In this document: one piece after another, positions 53,250 to 64,000 of the stretch | Layout of the letters: each line of letters begins with the position of its first letter | How positions within the stretch are numbered: position 1 is the stretch's first letter | Assembly: GCA_010093605.1 (NCBI GenBank) | Contig: MU004188.1 | Location: 1,491,673 to 1,555,672, forward strand | DNA: 64,000 nt | Direction: 5' to 3' | Source: Lophium mytilinum | Lineage: Eukaryota | Program-made: the position numbers and the translations under genes | The notes under the pieces: generated by a model | What the model saw: only the letters and a program-made list of their open reading frames with translations | What the model was told of the DNA's origin: nothing | The model's database searches: none

Positions 53250-55102
53250 ATGGAGGAGCAAAAGGAGAAAAAACCCGAGCGAATGCCCAGGCCTTCGCCG
53301 CAACCACATGTTCAGGTTGAAAATCCTTTCCAAACGCCTCAAACTGGATCCGTTGCTTCCGTGGCTTCGGCCTCTGGGTCGTACTTCATCGCTGGTGAGC
53401 GAGCTCTTTCGCACTCCACTTTAAGTTAGAAAAAAATCATGTTTGGAGTTGAAAGCTTACAGATTATTGCCACAGAGGAACAGGCACCGCCTTTGAAGCA
53501 ACGGAAGTTCAAGAGCGCAAGATTAGTCGGAGAGTACGAGAAGCCATGGGTAAAGGAGAAGGAGCCGCGAAAGATATGGGATAAAGTCATCTTCTTTGGA
53601 TTTCTGATCGTTGGATTGGGCATCGGAGCTTACATCTGCTATGATGGATGGCGGAGTGTTCCCCACGACAATGTGAGTTGAAATGCACCTCTTTGTGATA
53701 AATAGGTTAAAGGTGGCCTCAGTATTGTCCACTCTTCGAAGACGACTTCAGAAACGGGATAAACCCAGAATATTGGAACCACGAGGTTGAACTCGGCGGC
53801 TTCGGGACTGGTACGTTCGATTGGACGACTTCGGATCCTAGGAACTCCTTCACGGATCCTGAGGGCCTCCACATCGTTCCGACCTTTACTACAGATACGA
53901 CCGACATCACCGAAGCCCAGATAAACGACGGCTATGTCCTCAATCTTACAAAAACGGGTGGTGATGGTAGTTGCACAAGTACGAAAAAGATACCGGGCGG
54001 AGATTGTTCAGTACGCAGTAACATAACCAGCGGATCCATCATCAACCCTGTGCGGAGTGCGCGTCTTACGACTCGAGGAAAGCTTAATCTGACTTACGGC
54101 AAAATTGGTGGGGTTTCCCTGCTGATAGGCCGAAAGAAGCGACATTAACAAGATGCAGAGGTCGTGGCAAAACTTCCCAAAGGCGACTGGCTATGGCCAG
54201 CCATCTGGTGAGTCTACGCCATAACCACTTCTTAGCCATTGCTCACGATGTAAGGATGATGCCTGAGAAAAACACATACGGCGAATGGCCAACGTCTGGA
54301 GAAATAGACATCATGGAATCGAAAGGAAACTACGGCGACGAGTAAGTCTGCAGCTATCCAGACACCGATATCGATATGTAACGAGTTTCCAGCTACGACG
54401 GCGGCCGAGACGAGATCTCCGGAACCCTCCACTGGGGCCCCACGACCGTCCTGGATTTCTTCTGGAAGACGACCGGCAAGCGGGATATCCGCCGGACCGA
54501 CTACTCCAATGACTTCCATCTCATTGGCATGGAGTGGACTCCTAATTACATATATACTTATGTCGACTCGCGTCTCGCGGTAAGCTTCTCTCACTCTCGG
54601 ATCCCGCTCTTGCGAATAATGCTAATGTCTTTCAGCAAACTGTCTTTGTTAGGTTCTCCACCAAACTGGGCAACCTCTGGAAGCGCGGCGGGTTCCAACA
54701 TATGTTCGTCAATGGCTCAGCCTTGGTAAGGACACACCAGCCTTCAATTTCCGAGACCTAAGCAGCTGACCTGACTTGCTCCAGAGCGATCCGTGGTCCC
54801 AGACCGGTCGTCCGAACACCCCTTTCGACGAGCCATTCTATTTGATCCTCAATGTGGCTGTTGGCAGCACTACTGGGTATTTCCCGTAAGTCCAATAACT
54901 CCATTCGGTAAGAGTAAGGGGCGTTGTGGCTGATGATGCGGATAGTGATCGTCAAGGCGATAAGCCCTGGATCAACTTCTCGCCCACGGCTGGACGAGAC
55001 TTCTGGAACGCGCGGAACTCGTGGATGTCGACGTGGGGAAAGGGGAATGAGCGTGGGATGACGATAAAGTCGGTGAAGATGTGGAGAGAGGGGAAGTGCT
55101 GA
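53250..55102 (+). CDS. Glycoside hydrolase family 16 (beta-glucanase/glucan-binding type), type II membrane-anchored
   Basis: N-terminal TM (VIFFGFLIVGLGIGAYIC), HEVELGGFGTGTFDWTT, PVRSARL, GDWLWPAIW, catalytic GEIDIMESKGN, FYLILNVAVG; many introns. Confidence 0.9.
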
Positions 55103-55282
55103 GTAAGATTGGATCTTAGCAGACTTGGATCTCTCTAGAGTAAGGCTTATATCTAGATACCCTTCAGCCTCCCAAGTTTTTACTGCAGATAGGCTTTGCG
55201 GGATAGACGACGAGGGCGATGGAAGAGACCAGAGCTAATGTCGATTATTGGTTTTTGTTTCATCTTGTCTTGTCCTATATCA

Positions 55283-55765
55283 TCAGGCTCCATCTGCAGG
55301 CCATGGATCTTTCCACTCGCTCATGTCTGAAACTCCTCTCTCGTGCATACTATCAAAGTGCTCAAGAATGTGCTCATTCCTCAAGTCCCAAGTAAGGAAG
55401 CGATCGCCGCAGAATCCGCAGCGCCTTTTAAATCCGGCAACATAATCTTGCTTCGACTGCCTCACGATGTCCTCAGCATCTCGGTCGGGGTGCTCATGTC
55501 GGATGTGAAATAGCAGCTCCTTGTGTCTGCCAAAGACGGCATATTTCTCTCCCTCAGGTTTGTGTTTGCAGATTCCACATATATAGAACTCCTGTGGTTG
55601 ATGGGTCTCCTCATGTAGCTTCCAGTGTTCTCGAGAGTTGGTTCGGTAACCGCATTTGGCTGTACACCGGTAGACGTATCCAACGCCACTGAGATCTCGA
55701 GGGAAGGCACCTTGTCTGCCGCACATCGCTATATACTGCTCGATCGATTGACGGACTTCTTGGAG
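55283..55765 (-). other. In-frame 160-codon C2H2 zinc-finger extension beyond the TGA of the Ras-kinase gene
   Basis: Same frame as ORF 55766..58387 and open immediately after the TGA. Fingers CTAKCGYRTNSREHWKLHEETH, CGIC...LLFHIRHEH and CGFCGDRFLTWDLRNEHILEHF. Confidence 0.75.
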
Positions 55766-58455
55766 TCAGTGGTCGTTCGATGGTGATGTTTTCTTTTGAG
55801 ACTGCGACGGTGTCTTTGGCACTGTGTAGCCAAGCTCGATATTGTATGATTCCCACCCAGAAAGAATCGTATTAGGAAAAACTACGGCGACAGACTCAAT
55901 TGACCGAATGGGTTCGAACATAGGAGGCGGGCTCCAAGGAGAGTTGACTTTCAGGCGATGCCGGCAGCATTCACCTGTCCATTGCTCGGCGTCCGTGAGG
56001 GATACTAGGTCAGGAGCTGAGATTCGGTTGTCGGAGCGAGGTTGTAGCATCGCGTAACACCAACTCAACATTGCCAATTGAGAATCTGATTGTATGAGCC
56101 TTAAGCCTTCCTTACTCCAGCATCTCGTGAGTTGACAGAGCCTTATGATCCACTGCACTGTCTTAGCCTTGTTCACATGGAAGGCTTTCCTCCCATCTAG
56201 GGTTTGCTTAAAGTCGTGGAACGTGGTAAGTGAGACGCCATGCTCCCACAATAGCACTGTAGCCATCTCCAAGAACACGCATCCAAGCGAAAAGATGTCA
56301 GCGGCTCGACCACGTCTCTTTTGTTCCGCTACTTCTGGGGCACAATACATAGGTGTCTTCGAGTCGACAGTGCCGATAGTGGAGCTTGTCAACTCGTCCT
56401 GCACATCATGGGCGATTCCAAAGTCGGTGAGGATGATAGTCGCTCCCTTGACGAGGATGTTGGCAGGCTTGATGTCTCGATGTTTAATCCGCTCTGAGTG
56501 AAGGTAAGCCAGCGAAGAGGCGAGGCAGCCAAACCAATGCCGCATAGGAGAATCGGGCGCCGGCTCAGGATGTCTATCCAAATACTCGGCGAGATTCATC
56601 GTCGCCACTGGCTGCATGAGAATGGCAAATTTGTTTCCTACGGTATACGTGGCTGATATCCTGATGACATGTTCGTGATTTAATCGTTTCATGATGTCGA
56701 TTTCGCTGCGAATCCTGCGCGTAGTCTCTGCGGAGCGAGCCCTTTGCACCATGATAGTTTTCCTGGCATACGTGACAGCGGCCAAACCGTCTGGTTGCTG
56801 TGATTTTGCCTCGACTTCATCCACAAACCCATAGTGTCCATTGCCAAGCACATCGATGTGCCTGTAAGGGACGTCCCGAGGGCTTTCGTAATCTTCGTGT
56901 TGTATGATTCTGAGTACCTGTCGCTCCGGTGCGTCCCGAGTGGCTTCAGTCCCAGTCTCTAATGGAAGTTCCTTGTTATCGATCCCAAGGCTAAGATTCG
57001 TAGTAGCTGTTTGGATCGACGACGCAGTTTTGTCCTGCTCAGACTTCGCTGCTGCATCAAGTGCCCTCATTAAGTAGTTTACCGCGTGAATTCCCATATA
57101 TTCGAAGTCTGCGGCGCCTTGGCCTCGCACTGTCCCTTCACTTACTGCTAGAGCAGTGAGCTTTCCTCCATCATTTTTCTCGTTCTCGTGTGCGCTCTCA
57201 GAGGCTTTAGCTCGTGATCTCGATGCTGATGACGTAGATCCTTGCGAAGGAGATTGAGACTCCTTACTTGGCGATTTTACTTCCCCAAGGGGAGTCGAAG
57301 GACACTGTGGCGTCGGCTTTCCCGTCCTTTGGTCCTTATTACTAGAAGTGGAGATTGGGAATGAGAATAAAGCTTCCTGTGGTGTGTGGCTCCTATGCTG
57401 TGTTGATCGCGTATCTGACAACCCGATTGATCTTGGAGGCATTGGCGCTTGGATTCGAGATGATGACAATGAGCCCGCCGGGGAATCGTGTAGACCAGTG
57501 TCAGCAAAATCATCATCCTCGTCGGGAAAACGAGACATTCCCAAAGGTGGATGAATTGTCTTCTGTTGCTGCACAGACAATAGCCCTCGCTCAGGGGAGG
57601 TTTTACGCCTACGCAAGCCATCCCATATGACCTGTTCATCACCCTCGTCAAGCTCCTCCAGCCCGTCGATAGTTCGCAATTGATCGGGATTACCCTTGAC
57701 TCTAGTCTTGGCGCGTTCGCCGTGCCGTAAAGCAGAAAATCGCTCCGCTATATTTTTGACTAGCCCTGAGCGTTGACTGGATTTCTTCGGCTTCTTTGGA
57801 GGTGATGCAATGCCTGTCTTGAGCAATCGAGAAGCTGCTCTCTGTTTCCGCAATTCGCGGACCACATCGTAAAACGCCCTTTCTACATTGATGGACTCCT
57901 TCGCGGAAGCCTCAACAAACCCGATCCCGTGTCGTTTGGCCAACAAACCCGCCTCGGCAGTGCTGACTTCTCTTTCTATCGCCCTACTATCGCATCGGTT
58001 TCCAACCAGCATTATTCGTCGTGAGACGGCTCCCTCCATCTCATAGTGGGGCCTATTGATACGGTGTATGTGACCGATGTATTTGGTCACAGCAAGGTAA
58101 GACTTCCTAGACGTAATGCTGTACACGACAAGGAATCCGTCCGCATCTCTTATCCATTGATGCCTCAGTGCAGTGACCTCTCCTTGCCCAGCCGAGTTTA
58201 TAACTTCTACCAAGGATGGTTGGCCATCAATTATAGCTTCCTTTCGGAAGGAGTCGTCGACAGTAGGGTCGTAGGTGGTTACAAAATGGTTCAGGATAAA
58301 CTTAGATGGTGTTAGGGACGTTACTATGTAAGGCGCAGGTGCAGTCAAGGAAATGTAGAACCAACTTGATTGATTAAGCCAGTACAATCTTCTGGATTTT
58401 CACCGAGAACTTCCAGTTTATACGTCGGTCTCCTCGTGCTTGACACATTGTCCAT
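55766..58455 (-). CDS. Ras-like (Ras2-derived, degenerate) domain fused to a Ser/Thr protein kinase
   Basis: Exon 1 58455-58366 (MDNVSSTRRPTYKLEVLGENPEDCTGLINQ), intron 58301-58365, exon 2 FILNHFVTTYDPTVDDSFRK...NSAGQ...QWIRDADGFLVVYSITS...LVGNRCD...FVEASAK. Kinase motifs GNGHYG, YARK, HRDIKPAN, DFG, APE, DIFSLGCVFLEM. Confidence 0.88.
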
Positions 58456-59132
58456 CGTGACATCTCACGAAGGCAAAGAGCCTCCTGCTGGTGGGCTGCC
58501 TTAACGCTGGGAGACCCTGATGACGCGACGAGAATACTTTGGGGGATTCGCGAGACACAAGAATGCATGCTAGCCATACTAGCATATAGGAAGCCCCATA
58601 CTGCCACAGCGACTTGAGACGGAACGTAAGTGAAGAAGCAGAAGGCTGGAAAGTACAGTACAGTGAAGCTGATCCACGATCCAGGCTAGGCCATTGTAGG
58701 ATAGCTTCGTGTGGCTGTGTGGCGCGTATTCCTGGGTGCTGCAGGTGGGGCGAACTATTCCAAGGTTGAGAGGTGTGTGAGATACATTAATTGGACGTCT
58801 ACAGACTGTTTTCACGTCCGACAGTTGACTCCAAACATTCTCTACGCAACAGAGAGCTTTCGATCTTTGAGAATGTACACTCAGCCAATAAGCGGGGTTT
58901 TGTCACCCCTGGTAAGACTTCGTGCACTAAAAGCCACCTGCAGACTACTCTTCGGATTTGTGATGAATCGTTATCACTTCGTTTTGACTCTTTGCTTCAC
59001 GTAGTAATCAAGATATGTGTGGTATATTGCTTACGCATCGGTTGACCAGGCACCATAGCGCAGTCTACATTTCTCCTATGGCATTAGCCAGAGGTATCCA
59101 CAAGGACCAACCTGCATAACCACCTCGCTGAT

Positions 59133-60086
59133 TCACAACATCCTCTTCACCCAATCCAACCTCGTCCCTACAGCCGCGACCGACAATTTCGCCGACGGGA
59201 CCAGCATATCAAACCCATGGAACGCCCCATCCCAGACATGCAAATCCGCCTTTCCTCCAGCCTTCCAAATCCCCGCCGCAAACGTAACCACCTCATCCCT
59301 GAACGGCTCCGCAGACCCCACATCTAAAAACGTTGGTGGCAGCCCCGAGAGATCCTTTGCCCTCGCCGCCGCCGCATACTGACTGACCCCTTCACTCCCC
59401 GCCTGATCCCCAAGCAGGCTCGACCACCCAAACGCGCTCTTCTCCTGGTTCCACGTGCCCACATTCGGATACTGCCTCGCAGAAATAGAGTCATTGTGGT
59501 CATCCAACATGGGACAGATAAGGCAAAGAGCGCGCAACGTCGGGCCGCCCTTGTCTCTGACCGTTAGAGCCAGACTCGCGGATAGTCCACCCCCCGCCGA
59601 CTGGCCCGCGAGCATGAGTCTTTCCGGATCGATGCCTAGCTCGCCGAAATGCTCGCCCACCCACTTCAAGCCGGTGTAGCAGTCGTCTAGTGGAGCTGGG
59701 TGGGGATGCTCAGGCGCGAGGCGGTATTCCACCGACACGCCTACGGCGTCGAGGTGCTCGACCCAGTCGCAGAGGAAGGAAGCTCCGAGATAGCGGTTGC
59801 CCATGAACATGCCGCCGCCATGGATGAAGTAGATGCCTGGTCTTGGCTTGTCGGTGCTGGTGCTGGGCTTGAAGATGGATATGTTGATGTCGCCATTGGG
59901 GCCAGGGATAGTCTGTTCCTCGACGGTGATTTGCCGTCCAGCGGTGGCCTTTTCCGCAGTATACATCGAACCCGTGAGCTGCCGCAGCATCGGTAAGATC
60001 TCCTTGCTCAACTTGGGACCAACGGGCAGCTGAGCAAGAGCCACGCTCAGCTCGGCATCGTACGGTGGGGCTGGAATCGCTGCCAT
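59133..60086 (-). CDS. Alpha/beta-hydrolase, hormone-sensitive-lipase family esterase; intronless
   Basis: HGGG oxyanion motif, VEYRLAPEHP, nucleophile GQSAGG, EPFRDE, HGF. Confidence 0.92.
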   Translation of the reverse strand: MAAIPAPPYDAELSVALAQLPVGPKLSKEILPMLRQLTGSMYTAEKATAGRQITVEEQTIPGPNGDINISIFKPSTSTDKPRPGIYFIHGGGMFMGNRYLGASFLCDWVEHLDAVGVSVEYRLAPEHPHPAPLDDCYTGLKWVGEHFGELGIDPERLMLAGQSAGGGLSASLALTVRDKGGPTLRALCLICPMLDDHNDSISARQYPNVGTWNQEKSAFGWSSLLGDQAGSEGVSQYAAAARAKDLSGLPPTFLDVGSAEPFRDEVVTFAAGIWKAGGKADLHVWDGAFHGFDMLVPSAKLSVAAVGTRLDWVKRML

Positions 60087-61157
60087 TATTGCTGGCGAGG
60101 CTTTGGATTGGTGGTTTGTCTCCAGTTGTCTTTTGTTCGGAAACTCTGGGCTGCGATCGTCGACACGACTATCTTCACTTGAGGTCTCGATTAGCAATCT
60201 ATCCGTATTTCTAAACGCCGTTTGCTGGTCGGTACCGATATCCGAACCGGCTCTACGGCCTCTCTCCGAAACGCGATACTAGTTCATCTAGACCTCGGGG
60301 GTCCCCATGCGGGGTAGTGGCGGACGTACTTTTTCTGACAGCCGCAAAAGATTGGTCGAGAAAGCCTTCGGCCGAACCTATTAACTTATGACGGGAGGTA
60401 GACATGCCCGAAGAGCTTGAATATTACTAAAATTGGATGGAGGTTGGAGGCTCGTGGGGCGGATAAATCTACTCCGCGGGAACAGCTTCCGTCAAGTGAA
60501 CGATGAAGGACTGATTATCGAGACACACTACCATGCCCTCTGTAAGCTTTATAGATACAGCACAAAATTCCGAGTCTAACAACTGTTAACCGTGCTTGAA
60601 ATACTTCAAATTTCTTTACAGAAATTTGAACGTGGTGTAAACCGATCATTTGGTATGTCTGACACGTTTTTTTAGCCATCTCGGACAGCCGTAAAAGGTA
60701 TAAGTAATTGTACCTGGCAACTGTCGATAGATGCTGGAATGCTCTCGCGGCATAAATTTGGTGGACTAGATAACGGTTTAGTGTAAGTCATACGCGGAAA
60801 GTGCAGCGATGATGAAAGAGCATGAACGCAGTGTTTCTCAGAGAGAACCAGTAAAAAAGAATTTAATTCTCTGCTACGCGACAAGAGCTATTTTATATCG
60901 CTAAGTGCATTGCCAGACTTCCGAAATGCTGGTATGAGTGTCTCAATCTTTTCCAAGGGGTATTGTTTACGCACGCCATCCAATGCAAATTGAGTGAAGA
61001 ACGAAAGTGACATAGGAAATCAGGACCATTTTGAAAAAGGAACGACTCAAGAGTCTTGGGTATATAACGCCAAGTGACAGGTTCCGAGCGCCGGATGCTA
61101 GACGGAAAAAATGAAACCCGTGAAAGTAGAGAAGGGCGTGAGAGGATGAGTATCCTG

Positions 61158-64000
61158 TTAAGCTCGCCACAAAGACTCTTCTTCAATCGGCATTGGAGTG
61201 CGATTTTGCAACTCCTCCAGGGACTGGTCGAGGATGTCCTCCTCGCTGTCTGCCCGCGAAGCCATTGATAATGGAGTTCGCAGGAGCAATGCTTCGCGTG
61301 AGGCCCTTGAGTCAGTCTCGGTTTCCAAGGGCATGGCGTCTGGCCTTAAAGCTGTGGGCTCCTCCTCACTAGCTTTTGCTTTTGCTTTTGCTTTTTGCGC
61401 CCGCTCCCTCCTCAACTCTTCTCTCTGCCGCATTACTTCCTGTTCCTTGTCTACTGCTTTCTCTCGACGCTCTTCAACATCCTTGCGCTTGACCACCTTC
61501 TTTAGCGCATCGCTTGCTTGAATGAGACCATCAATACTAATGGCGTGATTCGTCATCTGGTGGTTTATGTAGTGGTACACTCCCGCAGGACTATCACACT
61601 CCCTCAAAGCTTTCTCGTTTAGCTTAAGCAACGCGAGTGCCACCTGGAAGAGGAAGGTTGAGCCGTCATGCATACACAAGACGACATCCCAGACGCGAAA
61701 TAGTGCCTCGGCTGATAAGCAATCAGTGAAGACGGAAAGAAACCACTGGAACGTGAGCGCTTCAAGCTCAATCTCAAGCTCATCAAGATGAGCTGAAAGC
61801 TTCGGTAGCAGCTCCACCACATATTCGCGTAGAACAGTCTGATCTGCACGAGAAGTGAGGAGTTGCTGATCGTAGTACTTCTCAGGCAAGATATTCTCGA
61901 TCATGGTGGTCAGGACCCAAAATGCGTCCTCGGCTGTTGGCATGATGAGGAGTAAGCAGGCAGTGATTAAATTCATGCCCTGGCAGTAGCCAACCTCGGG
62001 ATTCCGGCGGGAGTAAGCGATGAGCACCTCGTTAAGCTTGTGGACGCCCGCCCCTTTGCGGAAATAGATGTTATCCGTGAGCGTTCGATTAATGTCCATC
62101 TGTATCTGCGCTACGATGCTCGGATTATCCACACCATTGTTTACGAGATCGTCGTAGTAGCCGGGGACACGAAGTGCGGATGCTCCGCTGCATTCGGCCC
62201 AGATCTTAGCGCGGTAGGCCACAGGTATGCCTCCTAGGACCAGTTGCTTGAATTCTTGCCATTTTGCTCTCCCGATTTTTCCCTTATTTCCCAGGCCGGC
62301 GACACCAATGAGTTCCCCATCCCCGAGAAGGGCTTCTGGCATAGTAAGATTTCTTGGGCGACCTTCGCCAACAGTAGCGGACTCGCCCTCTCGCTTTCGC
62401 TCTGCTCGAACTTTGCGAAGAAAGTCATTCCATTTTACTGTTTTATCTCTCTGTAGAGAATCGTGTAAGTCGGTCAGTTGCTCTAACAAAGCTTTGACCG
62501 GGTCTGGCTGGTGCTGCTGTGGCCGGATCGGGCTTGCAGGTCCGACGGATATCGATGGACTTGTGATAGCAAATTCTGCATTTCCTGAAACAATACGGGA
62601 TGGTGCGGGCTCAGGATTGACGCTGACAAGAGGCATGGTCCTGGTCTTAGATACGACGACTGGAGGGGCTTTAGGAGCCGAATCGGTTTCTGCGGCATCG
62701 ACCGTAGTTATAGGTGCAGCAGACGGGGTGTGAGACAGTAACTCCGTAGGGAATGTAGCCAGCTTCAAGAAATCTTGCCATCGGCTTGGCGCTTGAGGAC
62801 CATTCTGTTCTTCGATAGACGAGCCGGTGCTCCCAGGCCTTGATGCAGGTCTAGAATCAGACGGTGTTTCAATTGGAGGAGTCTTGACATCTGGGTCTTG
62901 TCCGATGGTCTTCAGAACAGATCTCGCATCGCTCAGCGATTCGACATTACTGTTACGTTTGTGCTTTGCAATAGCGGCGGCCGCCTCGCTTTGCCGCTTT
63001 TTCCGTCTTTGGTCGTAAATGAATCCGAATCTATCCGTCAGATATTCGCTGCTTTGGCTGAAGTTGTTGTGTTGCTGGACTAAAGTTGGAGGCCTGGAGT
63101 CTTCCGGCAGTATTGTGTCCATTTCGACTGGTCCGAGGTTGCTCATGTTCCGGTTTAGGCTATTAGGGCTTGCAACACCCTCTGGGGGTATGCTTTTGAT
63201 AGTCCCGTTAGGTCCAAGAGAGCTTCTTGCGGCGCGCGGCCGCCCGTTTGCCTTGGCACCAGCATTGGCCGGTCCAGTTGACTGAGACGTTCTCGGTGAC
63301 TCCGTAGAAGGTGCGCGATCCGCAGCACTGCCGCTAGCAGACGTTGCGGCGCGACCTCTCAGGGTACCCTGTTTGTCACCAGGGCGGATGGCCTGGCTCT
63401 TGCCAGCCACCGCTTGCAATACCCAGTTCGTTACCGAGACTGAAGATCTTCGAGATGATGCAGTTGATTGCTCCTCATCTTGACTCTGAAGACGGCGGAG
63501 GGTGGGCACTGCGCCGCCCTGTCCATTTGACGGAGGTACGAATAGGTCGCTACTGATGGGCTTCCGCGGTAGTTTCGAGTTGCTAGACGCCCGAGATCGA
63601 GTTTGAAAATCAGTATCGGTGCCCAATTTGCTGGTTATGCTGGGCGCCCGGCTCGTTTTAGTATTCGTGCCACTCCACAAGAAGTTCTTCCAGTTGCGTG
63701 CTGAATCTTTCGGCATCCCAGAAGTAGAGTTGAGCGACTCCGTTTCGCCATCAGCTATTCGTTGGCTAAACAGTGACGCATTGTCCTGTATGCTTGTGGT
63801 GTCAAAGTCGGAGACGTTGTCCGCCATAGCTCGAGCAATCCGCTGTTCCATTGGATCATCGGGGTGTGTGCCAGGGAGCCCGCTGTCACTCCTCCTGTTC
63901 CTCGCCTTTGGATCCTCATTCCGTTGCTCCTGACTGCGGTCAAGCTCACGTAGACGCGATTCGATATCCATATTTGAAACCTCGCATTCCTGCAACATCT
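61158..64000 (-). CDS. TBC-domain Rab GTPase-activating protein (5' end lies outside the window)
   Basis: TDRFGFIY, GIPVAYRAKIW, IQMDINRT (Arg finger), GYCQGMN (Gln finger), QWFLSVF, RVWD. ORF is open at the window edge. Confidence 0.93.
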   Translation of the reverse strand, partial: MLQECEVSNMDIESRLRELDRSQEQRNEDPKARNRRSDSGLPGTHPDDPMEQRIARAMADNVSDFDTTSIQDNASLFSQRIADGETESLNSTSGMPKDSARNWKNFLWSGTNTKTSRAPSITSKLGTDTDFQTRSRASSNSKLPRKPISSDLFVPPSNGQGGAVPTLRRLQSQDEEQSTASSRRSSVSVTNWVLQAVAGKSQAIRPGDKQGTLRGRAATSASGSAADRAPSTESPRTSQSTGPANAGAKANGRPRAARSSLGPNGTIKSIPPEGVASPNSLNRNMSNLGPVEMDTILPEDSRPPTLVQQHNNFSQSSEYLTDRFGFIYDQRRKKRQSEAAAAIAKHKRNSNVESLSDARSVLKTIGQDPDVKTPPIETPSDSRPASRPGSTGSSIEEQNGPQAPSRWQDFLKLATFPTELLSHTPSAAPITTVDAAETDSAPKAPPVVVSKTRTMPLVSVNPEPAPSRIVSGNAEFAITSPSISVGPASPIRPQQHQPDPVKALLEQLTDLHDSLQRDKTVKWNDFLRKVRAERKREGESATVGEGRPRNLTMPEALLGDGELIGVAGLGNKGKIGRAKWQEFKQLVLGGIPVAYRAKIWAECSGASALRVPGYYDDLVNNGVDNPSIVAQIQMDINRTLTDNIYFRKGAGVHKLNEVLIAYSRRNPEVGYCQGMNLITACLLLIMPTAEDAFWVLTTMIENILPEKYYDQQLLTSRADQTVLREYVVELLPKLSAHLDELEIELEALTFQWFLSVFTDCLSAEALFRVWDVVLCMHDGSTFLFQVALALLKLNEKALRECDSPAGVYHYINHQMTNHAISIDGLIQASDALKKVVKRKDVEERREKAVDKEQEVMRQREELRRERAQKAKAKAKASEEEPTALRPDAMPLETETDSRASREALLLRTPLSMASRADSEEDILDQSLEELQNRTPMPIEEESLWRA

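Noticed and set aside
55766..58455. Calling the Ras-kinase a Roco/LRRK protein or a canonical RAS2
   Set aside because: No COR or LRR region is visible, the G domain is Ras2-like rather than Roc-like, and the P-loop and CAAX are missing.
59133..60086. Horizontal transfer of the intronless esterase from bacteria
   Set aside because: HSL-family esterases are common in fungi, and lack of introns alone is not evidence without a phylogeny.

Overview
Gene-dense, intron-containing eukaryotic DNA. The short GT-AG introns with CTRAC/CTAAC branch sites and the gene content point to a filamentous ascomycete, probably a Dothideomycete (inference). About 23 protein-coding genes are supported. Housekeeping genes: DENN-domain protein, BCD1-like zf-HIT protein, DNA2, ODC-type mitochondrial carrier, branched-chain aminotransferase, SCY1, mitochondrial HMG-box protein, an SDR, RPL26, an AT-hook/C2H2 protein, OST4 (absent from the ORF track), TMA46, mitochondrial uL23, an HSL-family esterase and a 5'-truncated TBC Rab-GAP. 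Accessory-looking genes are interspersed among them. The most striking is a fusion of a Ras2-derived domain with degenerate GTP-binding motifs to an intact Ser/Thr kinase. It is followed in the same frame, after a single TGA, by a three-C2H2-finger extension. Other candidates are a HeLo-like/ubiquitin-like/zinc-ribbon gene with two in-frame TAGs, a GIY-YIG-like protein whose motif is only assembled after splicing, a secreted Cys-repeat protein with a decayed C-terminal domain, and a divergent GT2/GH16 pair. I recognised no rRNA, tRNA, CRISPR array or intact transposon. Exon boundaries were read by eye and domain names come from motif recognition, not database searches.
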